Of a DNA stretch of 64,000 nucleotides, positions 34,170 to 45,303 are shown one piece after another. The translations under genes were made by a program, and so were the position numbers. The stretch is taken from assembly GCA_964106915.2 (NCBI GenBank), contig OZ066916.1; one strand, given 5' to 3'. The DNA is from Podarcis gaigeae (lineage: Eukaryota). The notes beneath the pieces are model-generated. The model saw only the letters and a program-made list of their open reading frames with translations, had not been told where the DNA came from and searched no databases. Position 1 is the stretch's first letter. The number at the start of each line of letters is the position of its first letter.

Positions 34170-36748
34170 GTAAGTGTCCGCATCTGCATTTCAGAGTGAG
34201 TTTGTTGGCTTAACAGAGAGATGCAAGTAACTCTAAGGTCTGGATAACTAATTACTAAATAAGGTCACTGTTTTAGATTTCAGTATACCTTTTTTATAGG
34301 GGAAGAGAGATTGTAGAAGGGTAATTGCTCTTGGTTACAGTCAAGCCTAAACATCATTAGAAAATTAGGTGTGTTGTAAGACCATTGTTGTGTATCTCAC
34401 AATAGCTACAGAAATATTATCAACACAGGTCAATTAATTTTAGAGTGAGAGGGCGCATTTAATTGTTTATAACCATAAATCAATGGATAACATTGGTCAG
34501 CCAATAGCTGCTCCTGTGAAAGAATCACATGTCATCTGCAATAAGGAAAGCATCTACTGTCTTCTCTGAAAGGCACTGATGCCTCTAAAACAACATCATA
34601 TCTACTCCATCTCTCTTTTACCATAATTTGTGGTGCATGATCCTGGTAAGTCAATGATTTGTCCCTATTTTACTTCTTGGTGATGATTTTTTGAGGTCAT
34701 CAGTGGTTCACTGTCTACCCCTCACCCCAAATGCTCTAGATTTCTTCATTTTACAGTTCCCTCCTGAGATTTCTAGGAGTTAAATCTAGGAGTGCTTCTT
34801 TTTTCACAATTGTTACCTCAGAATAAAGTCCCTGATTTTATGCAGACCTACTCAGGAGCAAATACTTTCTGACATTAGTGTGCTATAGACTGTGCAGGGA
34901 AAGGAACCCTTTATTCATCCTGAAGGCTGGATTCCTATCTGGGCAACTTTCTGAGGGCTACTGTATGGTGGTTGGTGAGGTAAGAGGCAAATGTGAGTGG
35001 AACAAATGTAAATTTTACCTGTGTACAGTGGTTTAGTTTTACTCACACTCATTTGCTCATCTCTATCCTCCATCCAAGCAAGCAAGAAGAGGCATTATCA
35101 GGGTTCAAAGACAAAATATTTGGGGTATGGAGCAGAGCCAGTGAGGGATGCAGCCTGGGAAGAGGGTTTGTGGTGAGGAGAGATTTCTGAGGACCTGATA
35201 GAGAGACCTGGAAAGCCACATTCAGCCCCCAGGCCACCCCTCCGCTACACACACAGAACAGGAGTCCACCAATTAGTTCTCAGAGAGCAGGGACATAACT
35301 TCTATTTCCCCAAGCCATACAACTAGAAAAAAGCTATCTCAAATAAGTCACTACCCCTTTCAGTAGTTCTGAAGCTAGAGAGGAAAGGGAGCATTTTTAA
35401 AAGCCAGGAAAAACAAGGAGGAAGTAAACAGGAAGGAATGGACAGAAGAAATGAGCAACTTTAGGAGGTGTCTGGTGCTACATAAAATGTGGTGACCCAT
35501 CTCTGGCATGCAAAATGGTCCTTACCAGGCAGCCCTTTAACAAGATAGCTCATCTGTTTTCATTCTTATTCTTCTTGTTAGGCTTCGTATTCTCTGTTTA
35601 ATCATTATGCACTTTTGGGTGGAGGTTTGCTTTTCCCTCTGAGAAACCATCTCTTGACGTTGAAGGTAGGAAAATTATTTCATATTACTGGGTACTCATT
35701 AAATAGAGAGAGACACAAACAAACTGGAGCTCTGCTACCCGGCTCTAATGTCATAATTTAAAGGTGTGTTTTTTTCACCTCAGGTTTTGTAGGATCACAT
35801 GATGGCTGCTGCGGTGTCTAGTAGCAAAAATGAGTGTGTATGAATGGGAGATGAGGTCATCTGGTATATTGTAAGAACTGGTGGTAGGGCATAGGCAGGG
35901 AAGCCTGCCGTAGGTGGAGCCAGAGCCAGTGACAGAGCCACTGATTGTAAGTGATATAATAATAGCTGGGAGCTTTTGGAAAGCTCACTGACAAGGCATG
36001 AAAGTGAAACCCTTCCCCTGTTGTTTGTTCTCAGCATCTGGAGTTCAGAAGCAGACTATTCTGAACATGGATGCCTCATTTATCCAACATGGATTATAAC
36101 CAGTGCCAGAGCTACCTCAATACATTGTCAGGCAATGTTTCATAGCTAAAGGAAGATCAGGCCAATTGCAGCCTCACATGCCATTCTCTCAGGCAGGTTT
36201 CCGAAGAAGAAAAAATGAGGCTTTTTAATGGAAACCAGCATGCACACATATTGGCCAGGACCGAAAGAACCACATCAGTTCCATATGTCAAGGCATTTGT
36301 TTGGGTTAGTAATTCTTAAACAGCAGCTCCCTGAGTTGCACGGCAAGGTTTTGAAACCGAGAGGTGCTTAAAAGCCCTTAAGATATGGTAGCGGTTCTGT
36401 CATTCAAAGTGAATGAGGTGGGGTTTTTTTAGAAAAAAGGAGAAAAGGAAGAAACTCACTAGTGAGGCTCCAGCTCTTGGCTGCATCTCAGACAGCTCTT
36501 TGGATCCCAGCCTGTGAGTTGCAGCTGACAGCAAAGTAGAACTGTTTGGTTTCTTCATTCCATATGCGTATCTCGTCTTGTGCCTGACTAGGAGGTAGTC
36601 TCATGACTTTAAAGAAGGGATTACATAGGGAGTTGAACAATAAAAAGATTCAGTGCCATCCCCATGCTATGGCAAACGTTATGACTATTTGCCATTTTTT
36701 ACTGAATCATGTGACTAATAGGGTTTTGCTAAAGTAGCAGATGGTTTC

Positions 36749-36753
<5 letters not shown>

Positions 36754-36797
<44 letters not shown>
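36754..36797. repeat. (AC)n microsatellite
   Basis: Direct read. Confidence 0.95.
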
Positions 36798-36799
<2 letters not shown>

Positions 36800-38652
36800 T
36801 GGTGAGTTTTGGACTTACTGTTATACTGTTAGACATTAGTTGCCTGTTGCAATATATGCCTGATGGCAGATAAAGAACGGAAAATATGGGTGCTACTCTG
36901 ACCTGCCCTAGTGGGATATTGGCCTGCTTGGAGTCTGCTGTTGTCAAGGCAACACTTTGGGAATTAGCCTTCTGTCCTGACCTCTGTCAGTGGAAAGCTG
37001 AGGCCAAGGTATAGGATGGGGATGCTTTCACGTGGGCTGGTCCTGTGAGGTTCTGAGCCGTGAGTACAATAAGGCCTCAGGCTGCCTGGCCTCTGGCCCC
37101 TTCAGGATGACTTAGGCCTCAGGTTGAAATATGTGCTAATTTTAGTTTGGAAGTCTTGTAATGAAATGATGAGGATATTGTTTTTAACCTGACTTGGTTT
37201 TAGGTAACTTCACTTATTTATTACCGTTGAATCCTGTTTTTCCTTTGAAAACTTGCACAAGTGCTCTCAGGATGGCTATGCACTGATACGAAAGTCACCG
37301 TAGGAAAGTACTTGTTCATTTTCCTGCTAATATAAATACGCTAACATTTATTCAAGCCCTGTAATCATAGGGCATTTTTAGAGTCAATGTACTATTCCTA
37401 AATGTCTTACTAATTTATGTGTATAGCACATATAGTGCCCTAAGCCACTAAGTGTTAATTATGGCATTGGTAACAGAAACAGCATACAGCAAACAGCATC
37501 TGAGCCTGGAGGATAGTAGCCACCTTTGATAGACACCTCCATAAATTTGCCTAATGCCCTTTAAACTCAGCTAAGCTAGTGGTCATCACCATGGCTTGTT
37601 CCACATATTAATTACTCCCTGTGTGAAAAAGTCATTTCATTCATTCATCCTGAATATTCTGTCAAATCGGTTTCGTTTTATCAACCTGAGAGGGAGGGGA
37701 AAGATCCTGATCTACTTTCTATACCCATGTGTTCTTTTAGAAGCCTCTATCTTGTCTTTTTTATTGTAGCAGGTCCTTGTAGGGGATTTGCTCCTGCCTT
37801 TTGGCTATTTTAGATACCCTTTTCTGCACCTTTTTCAGTGCTACAATATCATTTTTGAGACAGCACTAACTACCCCTGCCCTGGTCTCTCAGGATGAAAA
37901 AGGTCCTTTTATGCTGTAGCTGGCAACAGTAATACATAGATTAACAAGTTCAGAAACAGCAAAAGGGCTTAATGTGAAAGGAAATAAACATGTTTATCTT
38001 TAAGAGTGGTGGAAAAGATTTCTTGGCTGTATCCATACATAAATGTCTCATGACAATAGATTATGAATTGGACTGGGAATGGGAGCAAGGCGGGAATAAA
38101 AGGCCCTTTCTTCTAACGGTCTGACATTGTTTATGTGGAATTTTAATCATGCTACACTTGATGAACTGTGGGACCCACCTGACTTAGGAAATGACATGAG
38201 CTCTTTTTCCATGTTGGTTGAGCAGACTAGTAATATATTAAACCTTTTTTCCCACTTAAACGCCAAGGACTTACACTGCATGGTGTGGTTAGAAAATCCC
38301 TCCAGTTGTGGATTGAATCAGCTGGGTGCTTGCCTGTCACAATACTGCAGGTGCTGTGGTGGTGTATGTATGTGTTTACGTGTTACTTTGTAATGCTGGG
38401 CTGTCTCGTGCAATAAGGCTGTGACATGGGTGCTTGTGGAAAGGCCATAGTGGGGCAGTGATTGCATGCAGGAGCATCCGTGAGCACTCCATATCATCCA
38501 ATCCTCATCACCATAAAAGTCTAGGGACAGGAGGAGAAGCCACATGGGAGGGTCTCTTTTAACGCTCATTTTTTTGTTTTGTTTTTTTAAATGCCTCTCT
38601 TTCAAAGTTTGTCTTTCATAACAAGGCTTAATACTTGGATATATTCAACATT

Positions 38653-39001
38653 AAGGGACGCGGGTGGTGCTGTGGGTTAAACCACAGAGCCTAGGGCTTG
38701 CTGATCAGAAGGTCGGCAGTTTGAATCCCCGCGACGGGATGAGCTCCCGTTGTTCAGTCCCTGTTGCTGCCAACCTAGCAGTTCGAAAGCACAAAGTGCA
38801 AGTAGATAAATAGGTACTGCTCCAGCAGGAAGGTAAATGGCGTTTCCGTGCGCTCCTCTGGTTCGCCAGAAGCAGCTTAGTCATGCTGGCCACATGACCC
38901 AGAAGCTGTATGCTGCCTCCCTCGGCCAGTAAAGCGAGATGAGCTCCGCAACCCCAGAGTCGTCCACGACTGGACATAACGGTCAGGGGTCCCTTTACCT
39001 T
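38653..39001 (+). mobile_element. Sauria SINE, full length
   Basis: Head gggacgcgggtggtgctgtggg; 13-bp TSD TATATTCAACATT at 38640-38652 and 39002-39014. Confidence 0.95.
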
Positions 39002-39435
39002 TATATTCAACATTGCACTGCAAAATCAGTGTTGAAAATGTTTATTGTAGTTAGTGTGTACATAGCACAATAACCAGAGAAAGAAAGGCTCCTGAGGAAT
39101 AATTGTATGTATGTAGCCTGAAGTCCACCTAAAGGACACTCTAGAGTGGGAGTCGATTCACATGAAATAAATTGCTATTCAGAGCCTCTGCTGTATTTTT
39201 TAAAAACCTTGGATTGTATCTGTTGCATTTCATAATAGTACGTAAATATATTCAAAGGCCCTTTTTGCATCAGGTGATAGTGGTGATGGCAATAAATATT
39301 AATAATAATGGACTTTAGTTGTCTCAGGAAGCTTTCTCGTGGCAACCCCATTGCGAACATCAGTCCTAACTTAAGTGCTGGATCTAGGCCTATACAGTTT
39401 GGCCCACCAGCCTGATCCTTTTCTGCACGCCTAGT

Positions 39436-39731
39436 CAGGGCCAGATTTAGGTTTGATGAGGCCCTAAACTACTGAAGGTAATGGGGCGCTTTATATGTCC
39501 AGCTGTCCTTTGTCAACAACAAATTGCTGTTTTTGTGTTCAATATATGCTATATACTAATTTATGGACCTAAACCGTGTTGCTGTATGTAGGTTTTATTT
39601 TATTTGTTTTTTTATCTTATATTTTGGAAATGTACATCCAGTTGTTCTTTTCCTTTAATTTTTTTTTGGGGCCCCCAAGAGAGTGGGGCCCAAACTATAG
39701 CCTGTTTAGCTTATACATAAATCTGGCACTG
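39436..39731. mobile_element. hAT-type non-autonomous element
   Basis: TIR CAGGGCCAGATTTA / TAAATCTGGCACTG; imperfect 8-bp TSD (cg/tc)cctagt. Confidence 0.8.
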
Positions 39732-40035
39732 TCCCTAGTCTGTGACCTGACCAGTTAGACATATTGGTGACTGCAGCAGACTTCAAGCATGGACTTCCAA
39801 GAATGAAAGCTCTCTGAAAGAACACAGTCCTGCTGGAGATTTCAAGACTTTCAGCATTCACTTAAATGTGGGTATGTGGAAGAGCAATAGAGCAAAGGAA
39901 ATCTCTGGGTCTTAGCTTATACTTCTTGATGAGTATAAGATTTATTTTTAGGTCTCACATTATCCTTTAACATTGCATCTTCACACTGTTGTAATCTGCT
40001 CCGGAACCTCATGGTGAAGGACAGATAAGAAAACG

Positions 40036-40069
<34 letters not shown>

Positions 40070-43000
40070 AATAAAAAATAACAATAAATTCCCCAAAGTG
40101 GTAAATGGGGAAAAGGCATGTGAAGCCCTTGGCCATTCCCTAGAGTTAAAGCCTTTGTTTTGTTGAATTCAGACTTTATCACCAGACCCTGCATATGATG
40201 GTGGCAGACGTTTCATGCTGCCTGAGTTTACTGCCCCAGGGCTGCCATATCTGCAGAAAGTTTTACTTTCCATCATGTCCTCCAGATGCCTTTAAGCTCA
40301 GCCACTTAATGTGAGAGCTGCTGATTTATTTATAGCTGGCATCTTAATCACACTTGGATATTTTTAAAACGTCCTGCCTGGTGATACTGGAGCTGCTTTC
40401 ATTAACTCTATTTCCATCAAAGCCCTATTGCATGATGTATGGACCAGTGAGGCAGATCAGCCAATCTGGAAGCAGCTTTTCTTTTGAGCTAATTTTTTTT
40501 TAAGTAAACAAACAAAAACGCTATTGGGTGAGAGTAGAGCACAAGGACCAAGTTTTCAAAAAAGGCACGCTACTTAAGGACAGTTTCTGGATTAACAACA
40601 ATGTGCACTTTGGTGGCAGGACTCATGGTGGATGAGTTCAGAGTAACCCAAATATACATTAACCTCCCAAAAAAGCCCCTTTTGACGATTGATGAACCTC
40701 CAAAATAACTGGGGAAGTGCCCTTCTGAGGAGAGGTCATAATTGCTTTTTTGCATTGGGTTTGGATCTTAAAGTACTGTAAGTCCTCTGCGCCCAATCAC
40801 AATTATTAATATTTACTAAATTTTCATCCAGGGCAGTTCACAGCACATTGTTCAGGGCAGAGCCAGATCTAGATCTGAAGGGGCTTGCTCAGGGGGCATT
40901 GTGGGGAAATCAAAAGGGTGGCCAGATCCAGCTGGTTGGTGCTGCTGATGGAGCCACGTCTCATACCCCACCCCAAGGGGCAGGCACCAGCTGGATCTGC
41001 CAGGTTTCAGGGCCCTGGTAGTTACCCAAGGGTGCCAGGTGAAAATGCCAGCTCTGGTTTAAGAAGCCCCCTTATCTTTCAGAGAAGACAGAGGAGAAAA
41101 TGGAAAACTTTTATTCCATGAATTTCTTAGGATCCAAGCCAGCATCTTTATAGCATTCTTTAACATAGCCCACATATATAGGACTTTGTGGGGAAATGTC
41201 AAGGGGAGCAGTTTTTCCTCAAGAAACCTCCTGAGACTCTCTAGTGCCAACCACTTCAGCTAAAAGTGCTAAAAGACTGAGATGGCTGTAAGCACTTTAA
41301 AGGGGTGCTAGTTTTCAGATATCTCTGGATGGGAGGAGAGGTGAGATTTCAGGAAAGGAAAGGTTTGTCAAGGTCCAAGGCCCACTCAGTCAAGGTTAAG
41401 CTGCAAGAAACCAGAGTATTTTAAGAACATTTCTTGCATTTCCCCCTTATTTACACTGCATCATAAAAGCAGTAACTCTAAACATTTGATCTCCGCCTAT
41501 TATCCTTCAAGGCTAAGAAATAAATGCGCTTAACATGCACAGTGTATATATAATCCCATGTATCTAGTGAGTATCTCTTTAAAAGACATGCCTGGTCAGT
41601 AATAGAAACTCCTTTCTCTGGGTGTGGTTCCCTCCATAGTTTATAGCTGGGCCTAAGGCTAACCTATGTAGTAAATCCCAGCTGCTCTGCCAAGTTGTTG
41701 ATTTGTTGTTCACAAATAACAACAGCTCTTGAGGTTTTTCTGACTTCTGCTGCTTTCTGGCTCTAGGGCAGACCCAGAGCAAGGTTTCCAAACACAGTGA
41801 GTACCCTTCCCAGACCCACAAGGTACTACAATGTATAGTGCTCATTGCTGGTCGGGTTAGCCAGAGGAAATAGGTATTCCAGTAATCGCAGGGATGAAGC
41901 AATTGTACAAAGAAGTCTCATTGCAAAGTACCCTTTTAAGAACATAGTTTAATTATGTAAGCTTGAGTAGCCTTAGGCTTGTAAGGAATGTATATCTATA
42001 ATTCTTACCAGGTGGTGTCTAGCCTAAACAGATACCTTCAAGAAATAGGCAGGAAAAAATAGGGTCAGCAGAACATAATACAGCGTTAGAGCCAGAGATG
42101 ACAACATCACAAATTAGGTTTTTATTTGTCCCATTCTCGTGAAAGGTTTCTGCTCTTTGGGGTTCACCAAGACAGCTGCTTTCCAGAACCTGAGAGCATA
42201 ACTAAGGACACTGTCTTTTTAAAGCACATCCAACACACATTAAATGTATAGTGTGGATGTGCCTTGAGGCTATTGTGGAAATGTCCCGAGGAATGGTAAT
42301 AGCTTTCCTCCACCCATTCTGGGGCAGACTTGAGATTTCTTTCCATCTTAGAATAATAGTATTGTAGAACTGTAGAGCTGGAAGGGACCCCAAGGGTTAT
42401 GCAATGCAGATGAGATGGGGTGAGTGAACATCAAACCCCACCCTTCCATGATGTTGCAGAGGCTTCTAGGGCACACTCATAAAGTTCTACCAACATGGTT
42501 ATGCTTCCCCAAGCACCTTCCTATTCTACCTGCATGGTCATGCTAGCTTTGCTCAGAAAACCTTCCCTCCAGCCTTTTACCAACAGCAAGTTAGGTTGTG
42601 CTGCCCTCTGCAGCTTGAGTGGGTCAAGGAGGCCCAGAAGATGCTGTGTAAATCGACTTTATCAAGCTTTAGGTGCAAGCCTTTGAGATGAGGCAAGAGG
42701 GCAAATAAACTGCACAGCGGCACCCATGGCTGCTGGTGCTGCCTGTTCTGGAATTGGGCCATGATTAGCTTTGGTTTCTCTTGGTGCAGTCAAACAGTGG
42801 CATTTGATTCCATGTGTTAGGCAGATCTATGTTGATAACTCTATGTGCTATATGAATATATAGGCTCATGGGGCAAGTCTGCTAATTGGTCTGTGATCGT
42901 TATTTTTGCCGGTGGGGCAAATCTAAGCACATGTCCCTTGAATGCACCATTTGTGTATTGCCAAGTTATTGAATTTGGATAAATGAATGGACTGAAGCAA

Positions 43001-44664
43001 CTGGTGTCAAAGCAAGCTAAACTCCCTGAGCAGTTCTTGGTATTTGCTTAGGCAGTTAAAAGGGGAAATGCCCCCCCCCCCCGCATCACCCTTCTGCTAG
43101 CAAGAATGATCATAGCAGATTCCAGGACTCTTCAGCCTTGACCCATGCTTAGAGAGATTGTTCCTGATGTTACTGTGTGGATTTGTAATCATCAGTGTGT
43201 ATGAGAGCTTTTATAATATGTTGCAATTCTGTGATAGCAGAGTCAAGGAGTCGGGCATCAGTGATAACACTGCAGACAGCGCTGCAGATTGGAGCCATGC
43301 AGATGGGATTCTCCCCTCTAGTCGGGTGCAATAGATGGAATGTGTTGGCTTTGGATGTGGGAAACTCAGGTTCAGATTCCTGTTTTATCCATGAAGCTCA
43401 TGTCACTGTGGTCAGGGTTAAGATGAGATAAATCCATGCTATTGTCCTGAGCTTTTAACATAGATATGATACAAAAGTGATTATAAATGTCTTCAGTTAC
43501 TTTTCCCACGCCATCTGTCTCTTTCGGGTACTTTTAAACTGTCAATGTTGTGTATCACACACAATAATTGTTTATAAGATATTTGGCTATACTGCCTTTC
43601 TTAAATAACCAAGAATACACTGTACAGTTTGCTTATTCTTATTCATTTACAAAAAATATTTGCATACTGCAGTTTCATTTTTAAAAAATCAAAGCAACAA
43701 TTTACAACAATTATAATACAATTAAGAACCACACATAAATGAAAACAAAGGAGTACTTAACTATTATGGATGTTTTTTCTTAATTGCCTGCATGATTGTC
43801 TTCATGTTTTGGCATTAACTGAAACACAAACAGAGCAGTTGTAGTTCACCTTGTTCTGTTTAGAACATCTTAACTCTGTCCAAGATGGTGCTTCTTATCT
43901 TTCCTCCCAAACCTTCCTTCTCAAGTTTTTATGAGACGGGTTATTAAACAGGCAAAATAGCCAGAAAGGAAAGGCTTATATGATATGCAGTCTCTTACCA
44001 CCCTGTTCCTTCGCTCAGACTGACACCCCTGAGGCTGCTTTGATTGTCATCATTGTGGGAATGTTGTACACAATTGTATGTTACGTCTAATTTGCTGAAT
44101 GAATGAGCGTACTGGGTCTGATCCAGGAGCTTTTCTGCATTAGACCTTTCTCCCAGTAGTGAGACCGTTCATTCACTCATTTATTCCTAAAGTGACCTTT
44201 ATCTAAATGAGTTATATTCCTAGTTTCCTACACTTACACCCAGTGTAGGATCAAAGTTGTTTTTATTGCTATTCTTAGTGACTTGTTGATCTTCCAGCAA
44301 AAGTGCAGTGCAAGCTTTGAGGTCTGAACTATCTCATTTAGTTTGAAGGAATTTGTTACACATTCGATGGTGACCTCTTTGTTACCTGCCTCTGTTACCA
44401 CACTTACCTGTTCTAAATCCATATTGTGGAGTTCCTCAGTTGGAAACTTTACTAATTCCTGCTGCATTTCTCAAACAAAACGGGGTGCCCTTTAAGCCCA
44501 CATTTCACTGATAGCATAGGAAGTATTTATTGGTAGATTCAAAAAAACCCAACGGCCCACAGCTGTGTGGAGATGGGTTTATTATGTGTGCCTTTCTTAT
44601 GGAACAGGCACACTCTTTCCTTGCAAACAGCATTCAGAAATATAGTGGAGAACTCAGCCACACT

Positions 44665-44947
44665 GAGAGCCAGTGTGGTGTAGTGGTTAAGAGTGGTAGT
44701 CTCGTAATCTGGGGAACCGGGTTCGCGTCCCAGCTCCTCCACATGCAGCTGCTGGGTGACCTTGGGCCAATCACACTTCTTTGAAGTCTCTCAGCCCCAC
44801 TCACCTCGCAAAAGGTGCCCGCCGAGTCCCACGGTCACAGGCTTCACCCGCCTATGATTTTTGAGGGTCCCTGCTGCGCCGTAGCGGTAAAGACCCAGTT
44901 TCCGTGGAGCCAGTCCCCTTCTTCTTCTTCTTCTTCTTCTTTTTTTT
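44665..44947 (+). mobile_element. Squam3-like SINE 5' half (44665-44810) fused to a foreign GC-rich segment and a (CTT)n tail
   Basis: Matches the 4058 copy up to tcacctc(g/a)ca, then diverges completely. Confidence 0.8.
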
Positions 44948-44984
44948 AAAAAAAACATTTAAAATGTGTTATAACACTGTGACA

Positions 44985-45303
44985 GAAGATCAAACCTCTC
45001 CATACTGAAGGAAATCAACCCTGAGTGCTCACTGGAAGGACAGATTGTGAAGCTGAGGCTCCAGTACTTTGGCCACCTCATGAGAAGAGAAGACTCCCTG
45101 GAGAAGACCCTGATGTTGGGAAAGATGGAGGGCACAAGGAGAAGGGGACGGCAGAGGACGAGATGGTTGGATAGTGTTTTCGAGGTTACCAGCATGAGTT
45201 TGACCAAACTGCGGGAGGCAGTGGAAGACAGGAGTGCCTGGCATTCTCTGGTCCATGGGGTCACGAAGAGTTGGACACGACTAAACGACTAAACAACAAC
45301 AAC
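44985..45303 (+). mobile_element. BovB (RTE) LINE, 5'-truncated 3' end
   Basis: Intact frame ...ILKEINPECSLEGQIVKLRLQYFGHLMRREDSLEKTLMLGKMEGTRRRGRQRTRWLD...VHGVTKSWTRLND*; (CAA)n tail; perfect 14-bp TSD ATAACACTGTGACA at 44971-44984 and 45304-45317. Confidence 0.95.

Noticed and set aside
44850-44866. Sm-site-like GATTTTTGA between two hairpins, suggesting an snRNA
   Set aside because: No match to recalled U1-U12 sequences, the motif partly overlaps a stem, and G-U pairs do not favour one strand; kept only within the chimeric SINE finding.
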